From assembly GCA_029552245.1 (NCBI GenBank), contig JAKPDW010000077.1, positions 64,438 to 128,437 on the forward strand: a stretch of 64,000 nt of DNA. Direction: 5' to 3'. Under the pieces are notes generated by a model that saw only the letters and a program-made list of their open reading frames with translations, searched no databases and was not told the DNA's origin. The position numbers were made by a program, and so were the translations under genes. Source of the stretch: Deltaproteobacteria bacterium. GTDB taxonomy: Bacteria; Desulfobacterota; Desulfomonilia; UBA1062. Below, in pieces: positions 9,632-18,673 of the stretch (positions are counted from its first letter, which is position 1; the number at the start of each line of letters is the position of its first letter).

Positions 9632-10024
9632 TTACTTGCCCCCGGCAGGGGCCTGCGCCGGCGTGCCGACCGGAGAGGGTGTCGCGGGAACACCCGTCGG
9701 TGCACCCGCGGCGGGAGCGGACGTGCCCGCCCGCCCCGAGGGCGCCTGCTGCGTCGCTGCAGGAGCCTTGGACATGACGCTCGTGCTCGGCCTTTCCAGA
9801 TTGAAGAACCCGAGCGTGAGCGAGGTGAGCATGAACACGACGACCATGACAAGGGTTGCCTTCTTGATGAAATCCACGGGTCCGGCCGTCCCGAAGAGGG
9901 CCTGGCTCCCGGCGCCGCCGAAGACCGCCCCTATCTCGGCGCCTTTCCCCGCCTGGATGAGCACCGCGATGACAAGGCCTATGCACACGATAATGTGGAT
10001 GACCAGGATGAAGTTGTAGAGCAT
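9632..10024 (-). CDS. secG: Preprotein translocase subunit SecG
   Basis: LVIAVLIQAGKGAEIGAVFGGAGSQALFG; follows tpiA; Pro/Ala-rich tail. Confidence 0.93.
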   Translation of the reverse strand: MLYNFILVIHIIVCIGLVIAVLIQAGKGAEIGAVFGGAGSQALFGTAGPVDFIKKATLVMVVVFMLTSLTLGFFNLERPSTSVMSKAPAATQQAPSGRAGTSAPAAGAPTGVPATPSPVGTPAQAPAGGK

Positions 10025-10028
10025 GTCT

Positions 10029-10784
10029 CTATCCCCTGTACTTCACTATTCTCTCGAACGACTCGGGCTCGAGGCTCGCGCCCCCTACTAAGACGCCGTC
10101 AATGTCGGGTTCGGCCATGAGCTCGTCCACGTTGTCGGGCTTCACGCTGCCGCCGTAGAGGATCCTTATCCGTGAGGCCGCCTGGGGGCCGAGTATCTTC
10201 GACAAGACCTCCCGGATGAAGGCGTGAACCTCCTGGGCGATCGAGGGCGTGGCCGTCCTGCCTGTCCCGATCGCCCACACGGGCTCGTAGGCAACGGCCA
10301 GAGAAGAAGCTCCCTCCTGGCCCAGGCCGTGGAGCCCCCTCTCGATCTGCTTTCCCACCACCTCGAGGGTCAGGCCGGCCTCCCGCTCGCTCAAGGTCTC
10401 GCCCACGCATACCACGGGCGAGAGCGAGGAGCGCAAGGACGCATGGACCTTCCTGTTCACCCCCTCGTCGGTCTCCCCGAACAGCTGCCTGCGCTCCGAG
10501 TGCCCTATGATGACGTGCGTCGCCCCCGCGCTCTTCAGCATGGGCGCGCTCACCTCCCCTGTGAATGCGCCCTGGTCCTCGTGGTGGACGTTCTGGCCGC
10601 CGAGGAGCACGTTCGTGCCCGCGAAGACCTGCGCCAACGCGTGGATCGCCACGAAGGGCGGGCAGATGAGGATGTCCCTCGCGTCGACGTGGGCCACCTT
10701 CGGCGCGAATGCGCGGGCGAAGGCCAAGGCCTCCTCCAGGCCCTTGTACATCTTCCAGTTTCCCGCTATCAGCGGCCTTCTCAT
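10029..10784 (-). CDS. tpiA: Triosephosphate isomerase
   Basis: IAGNWKM, IIGHSERR, AYEPVWAIGTG, ILYGGSV, LVGGASL. Confidence 0.98.
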   Translation of the reverse strand: MRRPLIAGNWKMYKGLEEALAFARAFAPKVAHVDARDILICPPFVAIHALAQVFAGTNVLLGGQNVHHEDQGAFTGEVSAPMLKSAGATHVIIGHSERRQLFGETDEGVNRKVHASLRSSLSPVVCVGETLSEREAGLTLEVVGKQIERGLHGLGQEGASSLAVAYEPVWAIGTGRTATPSIAQEVHAFIREVLSKILGPQAASRIRILYGGSVKPDNVDELMAEPDIDGVLVGGASLEPESFERIVKYRG

Positions 10785-10793
10785 GCGTCTTCC

Positions 10794-11975
10794 CTACTTC
10801 TCGAGCGCCTCCACGCCGGGCAGGACCCGGCCGCCCAGCATCTCGAGGAAGGCGCCCCCCGCCGTCGAGACGAAGCTCACCTTGTCGGACAGGCCGCTCG
10901 CGTGAAGTGCAGCATCTGTATCACCCCCGCCCACGATGGTCAAGCCCGGCGAGGAAGCGACGGCCTTTGCGACCGACATGGTGCCCAAGGCGTAGTCCTT
11001 CACCTCGAAGACCCCCATGGGGCCGTTCCAGACGATCGTCCTGCACCCGTCCAGGGCCTCAGAGAAGAGCTTTGCCGTCGCGGGGCCGATATCCAGCCCC
11101 ATGAGGTCCGAGGGCATCTCCTGTATGGTCCTGACGAGGGCCTGCCCCGCTGTCTTGGGATCCGGGCCGCACACGCAGTCCACCGGGAGATAGAACTTCA
11201 CCTTCCGGGCTTTTGCCTTCTCCATGATTTCCCTGGCCTTCCCGACGAGGTCTTCTTCCACGAGGGACCTGCCCACGTCCTGGCCGAGCGCCTTCACGAA
11301 GGTAAAGGCCATGCCGCCGCCCACGAGGATCTTGTCCGCCTTCTCGAGGAGGTTCTCGACGATCTCGAGCTTGTCGGACACCTTGGCCCCCCCGAGGATC
11401 GCCGCAAAGGGTCTCGCCGGGTCCGTCAGCACCCTCGTGATGTACTTGACCTCCTTCTCCATGAGGAAGCCGGCTGCGGTTTCCTTCACGTACGGGCACA
11501 GCCCCGCGGTGGAGGCGTGGGCCCTGTGGGCCGTTGCGAAGGCGTCGTTCACGTACACGTCGCACAGGGCGGCCAGTTCCTTCGCGAACCCCTCATCGTT
11601 CTTCTCCTCCTCGGGGTGGAAACGCAGGTTCTCGAGCAGGAGCACCTCACCGGGGGCCAGCGCGTCGACCATGGACTTCACCTTCTCGCCGACGCAGTCC
11701 GGCGCCATGTTGACGCTCGTTCCCAAGAGCTCGGAAAGCCTCCTGGCCACAGGGATGAGGCTGAGCTTCTTGTCAGGCTTCTTGGGCCTGCCGAGGTGCG
11801 ACATGAGGATCACGCGCCCGCCCTTGCCCATGACGTGCTGTATGGTGGGCAGCGCCGCCCTGATCCGCGCGTCGTCCGTGATCGATCCATGCTCGTCGAG
11901 CGGGACGTTGAAATCCACCCTGATCAAGACCCTCTTCCCCTTCACGTCGAGATCCGAGACGGAACGTACGGCCAT
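10794..11975 (-). CDS. pgk: Phosphoglycerate kinase
   Basis: RVDFNVP, SHLGRP, LLENLRF, VNDAFATAHRAHAS, WNGPMGVFE, STAGGAFLE; start MAVRSVSDL at 11975. Confidence 0.98.
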   Translation of the reverse strand: MAVRSVSDLDVKGKRVLIRVDFNVPLDEHGSITDDARIRAALPTIQHVMGKGGRVILMSHLGRPKKPDKKLSLIPVARRLSELLGTSVNMAPDCVGEKVKSMVDALAPGEVLLLENLRFHPEEEKNDEGFAKELAALCDVYVNDAFATAHRAHASTAGLCPYVKETAAGFLMEKEVKYITRVLTDPARPFAAILGGAKVSDKLEIVENLLEKADKILVGGGMAFTFVKALGQDVGRSLVEEDLVGKAREIMEKAKARKVKFYLPVDCVCGPDPKTAGQALVRTIQEMPSDLMGLDIGPATAKLFSEALDGCRTIVWNGPMGVFEVKDYALGTMSVAKAVASSPGLTIVGGGDTDAALHASGLSDKVSFVSTAGGAFLEMLGGRVLPGVEALEK

Positions 11976-12147
11976 GGCAATCCCTCCCCGTCTTGTGTAG
12001 TGTGCATCGGATGGATGCTTCCCGGTCCATCGGCTGGATGTGCTCCGAGTTCCCCCCGGCCTCCCGGCCGACGCGGCATATTGTTCATACCACAAAGCTC
12101 CGATATTGTATATGTGTTATCGATACCATGGGAGGCAGACGAGAACG

Positions 12148-12825
12148 GTGACCGACCCCCGAGACAGCACCCCGGGCATCGAGGCGGCGATCGGCCACAG
12201 GGTCGAGGCCATGGTGAGGGCCCTGGTGCAGGGGAACCTTCACCGTGCGTCAAGGACGGCCAAAAGGCTCAGGGAAGAGGAGGCCCTCGTTGGCAGGAAC
12301 ATAGCCCTGGGCAATCTTGTCGAATCCACGGCGCTCGTCCAGGCCATGAAGATCGGCCTCCTCAACCTCCCCTCCACCCTGCCGGGCCCGGGGACCGTGA
12401 TCGCGTGGATCCTCATGGGGGTCGAGGACTTCTACAACCTCGACGGGATCGTGTCGCTGGTCACGGCCATAGCCCTGTTTGCGGGTCACGACGCGCATGA
12501 CGTCGAGGGCCTGGAGGAGCTGGCGCTCTCGATCGTGGGCCGCGTGTACGGTATCGAGGATGCAGGGTCCGATGGGTCTCGAAAGAGGACGGCGTGGAGG
12601 CTCTTCTCCCGCCTGGTGCCGAGGCAGTATGCCGTGAAGGGGGTCAACAGGTGGGTGAAGGGCTTCCTTCGCAGGCTTTTGCGCCTGAGGAGGAAGTCGA
12701 GGCTCCTGCCCATGGGGCTGGGCGTCGCCGCATCCGCATGGGACGCCTACAACCTCGTCGTCAAGGCGGGGATGCTCGCCCAGGCCGAGGCGACGCGCAT
12801 GGCGCGGGTCGGGGCTCGATCATGA
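12148..12825 (+). CDS. Hypothetical protein, possibly EcsC-like
   Basis: GTG start after GGAGG; amphipathic helical pattern with GLLNLPSTLPGPG and LLPMGLGVAASAWDAYNLV resembles EcsC-family proteins. Confidence 0.5.
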   Translation: MTDPRDSTPGIEAAIGHRVEAMVRALVQGNLHRASRTAKRLREEEALVGRNIALGNLVESTALVQAMKIGLLNLPSTLPGPGTVIAWILMGVEDFYNLDGIVSLVTAIALFAGHDAHDVEGLEELALSIVGRVYGIEDAGSDGSRKRTAWRLFSRLVPRQYAVKGVNRWVKGFLRRLLRLRRKSRLLPMGLGVAASAWDAYNLVVKAGMLAQAEATRMARVGARS

Positions 12826-12944
12826 GGGGAACGTCACCCACCGACCAGGCGGTCTCGAGGGGGTCGTGCAGGTGACCGTGGGCGTCCAGGTGTTGCGTTT
12901 GCCGGGTTTTCCACCGTGCACCGGGGATCCGGCTAAGATCCCTG

Positions 12945-13373
12945 CTAGAGCCGATAGAGCTCCTTGTCCCAGAGCTTGACCCAGTTCCTCTTGAGGACGT
13001 CCGTCGCGGTCTTGAGGTGGTCCACCTCCATGATGATGATCGGGTTGGCGACCCTCCCGATGTAGGGGTACATGGTGATCACGTTGACCTTGGCGTCACG
13101 CAGGGGCTTGAGCACGGCGTTCATGCCGCCCGGATGGTCGGGCATCTCCACCGCCAGGACGTCCACCTCCTCGAACTCGATATTCTCGACCGCGAAGGCG
13201 TTCTTCGCCTTCTTCGTATCGTCCACCACGACACAGATGGACGATACGTCCTTCGATTCCTGGCCCACGGAAATGGCCCTGATGTTCACCCCGTGCTTTG
13301 CGAGGACATCGGAGAGGTAGGAGAGCTTTCCCGATACGTTGGCAGTCTGGAGCCGGTACTGTTTGACGGACAT
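12945..13373 (-). CDS. Tandem ACT-domain protein
   Basis: NVSGKLSYLSDVLAKHGVNIRAI and DHPGGMNAVLKPLRDAKVNV are two ACT repeats; ends the oxidoreductase operon. Confidence 0.88.
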   Translation of the reverse strand: MSVKQYRLQTANVSGKLSYLSDVLAKHGVNIRAISVGQESKDVSSICVVVDDTKKAKNAFAVENIEFEEVDVLAVEMPDHPGGMNAVLKPLRDAKVNVITMYPYIGRVANPIIIMEVDHLKTATDVLKRNWVKLWDKELYRL

Positions 13374-13377
13374 GTCC

Positions 13378-13923
13378 TCATAACTCCTTCGACAGGTAGT
13401 CGTACCCCGCCTTCAAAGCCTCGATGTTCGTGTCCTTGAAGCGAGCCTTCGCCTTTCCGAGGATCTCCTCCATGCGCTCGATCATGGTCTCGAGCCTCAC
13501 CTGCCGCGTCCTGCACACTAAGGCGCCGAGCATGACCATGTTCGCGTACTGTTCACCCGTGCATCCCCGAGCGATCTCGGTGGCCGGGATCTCCACGATC
13601 TCCACGTCGGTCCTGCCTGGCCTCCCGGTGACGATGCTCGTGTTGACGTAGATCTCGCCGCCCGAGGCGGCCATGCTCTGGAGCCTCATGAGGGACTCGT
13701 TGTCCATGATCACGAGGTAATCCGGGGAAGAGGCCACCGGTGAGGCTATCTCCTCGTCGGATATGGCCACGGTGCAAGAGGTCACCCCTCCGCGCATCTC
13801 TGCACCGTAGGAGGGCAGGTAGGTCACTTCCCTTCCCTCGAACATGGCGGTCCACGCGAGACAGAGCCCGGAGAACAGGATCCCCTGTCCGCCGATGCCG
13901 CTCATGACCGTCTTCTGGAGCAT
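13378..13923 (-). CDS. 2-oxoacid:ferredoxin oxidoreductase gamma subunit
   Basis: SGIGGQGIL, PSYGAEMRGG, NMVMLGAL. Confidence 0.93.
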   Translation of the reverse strand: MLQKTVMSGIGGQGILFSGLCLAWTAMFEGREVTYLPSYGAEMRGGVTSCTVAISDEEIASPVASSPDYLVIMDNESLMRLQSMAASGGEIYVNTSIVTGRPGRTDVEIVEIPATEIARGCTGEQYANMVMLGALVCRTRQVRLETMIERMEEILGKAKARFKDTNIEALKAGYDYLSKEL

Positions 13924-13924
13924 G

Positions 13925-14686
13925 TCAGCCTTCCTTCTTCTGTGCTGCCTTCGTCACGTCCTTGAGGACGCCCGGTGGGTATTCCTTTTCCATGCGTTCC
14001 TCGAGATACCTGAGCGCCTCCACGGGGCTCACCTTCCAGTTGGTGGGGCAAGGCGAGAGCACCTCGACGAGCGAGTACCCCAGGCCCTCGAGCTGGACCT
14101 CGAAGGCCTTCCTCAGCGCCTTCTTCGTCGCGATGACCTTCGCGGGCGTGGCGAGCGAGGTTCGTACCACGTACGCGGCCCCGTCGAGCTGGGCCACGAG
14201 CTCCGTGATCTTGAGGGGGTAGCCCTCGACGACAGACCTCCTGCCGAACGGCGAGGTGGTGGTCTTCTGGCCTATCATGGTGGTGGGCGCCATCTGCCCT
14301 CCAGTCATACCGTAAACCGCGTTGTTGACGAAGATGGAGGTGATGCGCTCCCCCCTGTTCGCTGCGTGAATGGTCTCGGCCGTTCCTATGGCGGCCATGT
14401 CGCCGTCACCCTGGTAGGTGAAGACGAAGCGGTCGGGCAGTGCACGCTTGATGCCCGTGGCGATGGCGCAACCCCTTCCGTGAGCCGACTCGCACACGTC
14501 GATGTCGAAGTAGTTGTACGCGAGCACCGCGCACCCCGCAGGGGGCACGCAGATCGCCTTGCCTCTGAGATCCATCTCGTCGATGAGCTCGGTCACGAGC
14601 CTGTGGATGATCGAGTGGCCGCATCCGGGGCAGTAGTGGAAAGGCGTCTGCTTGAGGCTCTGGGGCCTGGAGAACACCTTCTTCAT
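13925..14686 (-). CDS. 2-oxoacid:ferredoxin oxidoreductase beta (TPP-binding) subunit
   Basis: YCPGCGH, YQGDGD, NNAVYGMTGGQ, LSPCPTNW; start MKKVFSRP at 14686. Confidence 0.94.
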   Translation of the reverse strand: MKKVFSRPQSLKQTPFHYCPGCGHSIIHRLVTELIDEMDLRGKAICVPPAGCAVLAYNYFDIDVCESAHGRGCAIATGIKRALPDRFVFTYQGDGDMAAIGTAETIHAANRGERITSIFVNNAVYGMTGGQMAPTTMIGQKTTTSPFGRRSVVEGYPLKITELVAQLDGAAYVVRTSLATPAKVIATKKALRKAFEVQLEGLGYSLVEVLSPCPTNWKVSPVEALRYLEERMEKEYPPGVLKDVTKAAQKKEG

Positions 14687-15756
14687 GAGATCTCCCTCTG
14701 CAGCCAGTGCCGCTCGATGATACGCGCGATCTCCTGGGGGGATGCCACCACTCCGCCGGGTCTGCCGTAGAACTCGCAAGGGATCCTTCCCCCGACGGCG
14801 AGCTTCACGTCGTCGATCATCTGGCCCGTGCTCATCTCGAAGACGAGGATCAGCTTCACCCTCTTGGAGAGGTTCCTCAACGCGTCCTCGGGGAAAGGCC
14901 ACAGCGTGACGGGCCTCAAGAGCCCCACCTGGAGCCCCTCCGACCTTACGCGCTTGACCGCTCCCTTGGCGATGCGTGCAGCCGTCCCGTAGGCCACGAT
15001 GACCATCTTCGCGTCCTCGGTCATGAACTCGTCGTGCCTGGGCAGGTCTTTCCGCATGAGGTCGTACTTGCGCTTGAGCTTCCAGTTGTGCTCTTCCATC
15101 AGCTTCACGTCGAGGATGAGCGACTTGATGATGCGGGAAGGCCTCCCCTGGGCGCCGTCGAGTATGTAGTCCTTGGGCGGGAGGTCGATCTTCTTCCTCT
15201 CGTGCATGACCACCGGTTCCACGATCTGGCCCATCATCCCGTCGCCCAGGATCATGACCGGGGTCCGGTACAGATCAGCGACGTCGAACGCCTCCATGGT
15301 GATGTCGTAGAGTTCCTGCACGGTCGCGGGCGCGTAGACGGGCATCCGGTAGTCCCCGTGCCCGCCGCCCCTGGTCGCCTGGTAGTAGTCTCCCTGGCTG
15401 GGAGCAATGTTCCCGAGGCCCGGCCCGCCCCGGTTGATGTTCACGACCACCGCCGGCAGTTCGAGCGAGGCCAAGAACGAGAGGCCCTCCTGCTTGAGGC
15501 TGATGCCCGGCGACGACGAGCTCGTCATGGCCCGCATCCCCGCCGCGGCCGCACCCAGCACCATGTTGATGGAGGCGATCTCGCTCTCTCCCTGGAGGAA
15601 GACGCCGCCCACCTCTTCCATCCGCCTCGACATGTACTCCGGTATCTCGTTCTGGGGGGTTATGGGATACCCGAAGTAACAGCGGCACCCGGCCTGCACG
15701 GCGCCCTCGCCGATGGCCTCGGTGCCCTTCATCATGACCCTGCCCCTGCTATCCAC
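14683..15756 (-). CDS. vorB: 2-oxoacid:ferredoxin oxidoreductase alpha subunit (VorB-type, 3-methyl-2-oxobutanoate dehydrogenase-like)
   Basis: YFGYPITPQNEIPEY, QGESEIASINMVLGA, TSSSSPGISLKQE, RGGPGLGNI; GTG start overlaps the ferredoxin stop. Confidence 0.9.
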   Translation of the reverse strand: MDSRGRVMMKGTEAIGEGAVQAGCRCYFGYPITPQNEIPEYMSRRMEEVGGVFLQGESEIASINMVLGAAAAGMRAMTSSSSPGISLKQEGLSFLASLELPAVVVNINRGGPGLGNIAPSQGDYYQATRGGGHGDYRMPVYAPATVQELYDITMEAFDVADLYRTPVMILGDGMMGQIVEPVVMHERKKIDLPPKDYILDGAQGRPSRIIKSLILDVKLMEEHNWKLKRKYDLMRKDLPRHDEFMTEDAKMVIVAYGTAARIAKGAVKRVRSEGLQVGLLRPVTLWPFPEDALRNLSKRVKLILVFEMSTGQMIDDVKLAVGGRIPCEFYGRPGGVVASPQEIARIIERHWLQREIS

Positions 15757-15961
15757 GGTACACCTCGATGGCCACTTCGGGGCACATGGTGGCACACAGG
15801 CCGCAGCCCCTGCACAGCTCCACGACGAACTCGGCGGGGTGATACCCTTTGGTGTTGAAGGTCTCGGCGATGCGGATCGCCTGCTCGGGACAGACGGTGA
15901 CGCACAGCTCGCAACTCTTGCACAGGCTCTGGTCTATGATGATCTTTCCCTTTGCTGCCAT
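15749..15961 (-). CDS. 2x[4Fe-4S] ferredoxin (oxidoreductase delta subunit)
   Basis: CKSCELCVTVCP and CRGCGLCATMCP; start MAAKGKIII at 15961. Confidence 0.93.
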   Translation of the reverse strand: MAAKGKIIIDQSLCKSCELCVTVCPEQAIRIAETFNTKGYHPAEFVVELCRGCGLCATMCPEVAIEVYRG

Positions 15962-16409
15962 ATCCTTCTTCGGTACCCGTCTCGGGAATCCGTGGAAATG
16001 TAGCATCAAAACGCCATCCTGTACAGAGCATTTTGCGCACCGCGGACGCCGGCGGCCGTGACCCTCGCATGGTCGTCCCCGAAGAGTCGGGACGGACATC
16101 CGGGCAGCCCTCCTCTGGCATCCGAGGCCGGGCGCCAGCACACATGATCGGGGAGGGCTCGGCTCCTGCTTACGGGCGGGCCCCGGGACAGAGGGGAAAC
16201 CCGGACGAACACGTACATGCTCTCGTCCTCGGCGGTGTCACCGGGCATGCCGTTCGCCGACCCCCCTTCACCAGGGTCACGAGGCGGACCGCTGCCCGCC
16301 CGGGACACGTTGCCCCCGGATCCCCTCGGCAGCCGACGACCCCCCGTTCCCACGATGGCGCCAGGGGGCGGCAGGCATCTTTCAGGCCCGCTCGCCGGTA
16401 CAGCCACCC

Positions 16410-16436
16410 CTTGAAATCCCGGGAAGAGACCCTACT
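16410..16436 (+). promoter_or_regulatory. Putative RpoH (sigma-32)-type promoter of the hsp20 cluster
   Basis: CTTGAAA-N14-CCTACT; near-identical motif upstream of clpB. Confidence 0.6.
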
Positions 16437-16474
16437 GTACCATTGGAAATCGAGAAACACCCCACAGGAGGTGA

Positions 16475-16936
16475 ATGCACATGATAACCATCACCCGACC
16501 GAGTTGGACGAGGGATATCTGGGGCTGGGACCCCTGGCGGGAGCTGGACCGCCTGCACAGGGAAGTCAGCGGCATCTTCGGCCTCCCCAGGCTCAGGAGG
16601 CTTGCCGCCTACCCACCGATGAACGTCCACACCGCGGACGACGACGTCGTCGTGACGTCCGAGCTGCCCGGCGTTGATCCGTCGGAGGTGGAGATCACGG
16701 TGAGCGGCGACACGCTCTCCATAAAGGGTTCGCGCAAACCGAGGGAGCTCAAGGAGGGAGAGCAGTGGCACCGCAGGGAACGTGGGTTCGGCGAGTTCTT
16801 CAGGACCGTGCAGCTGCCTTTCACCGTCGACGCGTCCAAGGTGAGCGCCGAGTACACAAACGGCGTCCTGAAGATCGTCCTGCCGAGGTCAGAGGCCGAC
16901 AAGCCGAGGAAGATAGCGGTCAAGTCGACGAACTGA
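16475..16936 (+). CDS. Hsp20/alpha-crystallin small heat-shock protein
   Basis: ELPGVDPSEVEI, RRERGFGEFFRTVQLP, NGVLKIVLP; RBS AGGAGGTG. Confidence 0.95.
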   Translation: MHMITITRPSWTRDIWGWDPWRELDRLHREVSGIFGLPRLRRLAAYPPMNVHTADDDVVVTSELPGVDPSEVEITVSGDTLSIKGSRKPRELKEGEQWHRRERGFGEFFRTVQLPFTVDASKVSAEYTNGVLKIVLPRSEADKPRKIAVKSTN

Positions 16937-16959
16937 GAAGGCAGAAGGAGGTGACGACC

Positions 16960-17364
16960 ATGGAAGACGCCAAGAAGAATATCGAGAAGGCCCAGGCCAA
17001 GGATGCATCCCTGGCCGAGAGGACCAAGGACAGGGTGATCTTCACGCCGGCCGTCGACATCACCGAGGACTCGAACAACCTCTACATCTACGCGGACGTG
17101 CCCGGTGCGACGGAAAAGGGCGTGAACATCACCCTCGAGAACGACGTCTTGACCATCGAGGCCCAGGTGGAGGAGGCGCCGATGGAAGGGTACACCAGGA
17201 CCTACTCTGAGTACGCGACCGGCGACTATTACCGGGCATTCACCCTGAACGAGGCCATAGACCGCGACAAGATCGAGGCCACGCTCAAGGACGGGGTGCT
17301 CGGCATCGTGCTCCCCAAGGCCGAGGCGGTCAAGTCCAAGAAGATCCCGATCAAGGCGGGATGA
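16960..17364 (+). CDS. Hsp20 family protein
   Basis: PAVDITED, ADVPG, YYRAFTL, DGVLGIVLPK; RBS AAGGAGGTG before ATG 16960. Confidence 0.95.
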   Translation: MEDAKKNIEKAQAKDASLAERTKDRVIFTPAVDITEDSNNLYIYADVPGATEKGVNITLENDVLTIEAQVEEAPMEGYTRTYSEYATGDYYRAFTLNEAIDRDKIEATLKDGVLGIVLPKAEAVKSKKIPIKAG

Positions 17365-17391
17365 CCAAACCACGAAAAGGAGGGACAGACC

Positions 17392-17895
17392 ATGAGATAC
17401 CTGACTCCGTTCCGTTTCGGCCGCAGAAACGTCCCGGAGGCCCGCGAGTTCGAGGCTCATCCCCTGGATCTGTTCCAGAGGGAGATGAACAGGCTGTTCG
17501 ACGAGTTCTTCAAGGGAACGGGCCTGAGGCGGTGGGCCGAGGATTTCGAATCGTTCGGGTCGTTCACCCCCCAGGTGAACATGACCGAGGACGAGAAGTC
17601 CATCGTCGTGAGCGCGGAGCTGCCGGGCATGGACGAGAAGGACATCGAGATCAGCCTCAGCAAGGACTCCCTGACCATCAAGGGCGAAAAGAAGGAGGAG
17701 GCCGAGCACAAGGGCAAGGAGGCCTACTGCATCGAACGGTCGTACGGCTCCTTCACGAGGGTCCTGCCCCTGCCCAAGGAGGTGAACCCCGACAAGGCCG
17801 AGGCCACCTTCAAGAAGGGGGTGCTCACCGTGACCCTGCCCAAGGTAGAGAAAGAAAAGGGATCCCAGAAGAAGATCAAGATCAAGGCGGACTGA
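17392..17895 (+). CDS. Hsp20 family protein
   Basis: ELPGMDEKDIEI, ERSYGSFTRVLPLP, KGVLTVTLPK. Confidence 0.95.
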   Translation: MRYLTPFRFGRRNVPEAREFEAHPLDLFQREMNRLFDEFFKGTGLRRWAEDFESFGSFTPQVNMTEDEKSIVVSAELPGMDEKDIEISLSKDSLTIKGEKKEEAEHKGKEAYCIERSYGSFTRVLPLPKEVNPDKAEATFKKGVLTVTLPKVEKEKGSQKKIKIKAD

Positions 17896-18239
17896 GAACC
17901 GGCGCCCCGGCGAGGCGTGTCACCGCCTTCGGCCCGCACGCGACGCCCGGACCACGAGGAACCCGGGCGGCTCTTGGGCGCCCGATCCGAGGGGGGCCTT
18001 CCCCGGTCCCCCTCGTGCTTTTCGCTCGTCATTGCGCAACCGGTCTCAATTCCCCTCTCGATAGTGGCCTTCTCCTATACCCCTCGTGTTTCTCGTTCGC
18101 CATGCCCGGTTACGGGCGTGCATTCCTGCAGGGGGATCGATGGGTCTGCCTGAGGGAGGAAAACGCCTGGTGAAGCCTGGAACAACGTTGCCCGCGCGAG
18201 GTCGACCCATACGCCGAGATCGACGATCAGCGCCATGGA

Positions 18240-18330
18240 CCACCCTCCATGCGCCAGGGGCGTGACATGCCGGCAGGCCGGGTATTTCAGGCTCGGCCTG
18301 ACCCACCTTCCATGCGCCCGGGGGGTGACA
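18240..18330. repeat. Intergenic direct-repeat pair B (28 nt x2, period 63)
   Basis: CCACCCTCCATGCGCCAGGGGCGTGACA (18240-18267) and CCACCTTCCATGCGCCCGGGGGGTGACA (18303-18330), 3 mismatches. Confidence 0.72.
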
Positions 18331-18560
18331 ACGCATCTCGGCCTTCGCCCTCCCCGCCACGCCGCTCTCACCCCGAGGGGTCGCTTCGCGCCGGGGGCCT
18401 TCGGGCCCGAGCCGCGTTCACCTCGCCGAGAGGGTGCTGCAGGTGCGGCGCCAAGCCTGCCCGGCACCCCGACCGGTGCATGTCTTCTCGGCCGGCGCAT
18501 CGTCCAGAGCGGAACGACCCGCCCTCCTGTGCACCCTGCGAGGTACAGGCGGCCATCCGG

Positions 18561-18589
18561 CTTGAAACCCCAAGCACGCTCGCCTACAT
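18561..18589 (+). promoter_or_regulatory. Putative RpoH-type promoter of clpB
   Basis: CTTGAAA-N15-CCTACAT, 85 nt upstream of the clpB ATG. Confidence 0.62.
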
Positions 18590-18598
18590 AAGAAGTGA

Positions 18599-18626
18599 GT
18601 CGAGGGCTTGCAGGCATGCCCTCGAC
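18599..18626 (+). promoter_or_regulatory. Perfect 9-bp inverted repeat in the clpB leader
   Basis: GTCGAGGGC-N10-GCCCTCGAC immediately after the putative -10; function unknown. Confidence 0.45.
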
Positions 18627-18673
18627 AAAGAGACGCAGTCCGGCAAAGGACACTACCCAGGAGAGTGAAAGAG

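Noticed and set aside
16001-16016. Sigma-54-like TGGC...TGC site upstream of the oxidoreductase operon
   Set aside because: GG-to-GC spacing is 9 nt rather than the required 10.
16380-18673. CIRCE or HAIR heat-shock operators
   Set aside because: No TTAGCACTC-N9-GAGTGCTAA or CTTGAGT-N7-ACTCAAG seen upstream of hsp20 or clpB.
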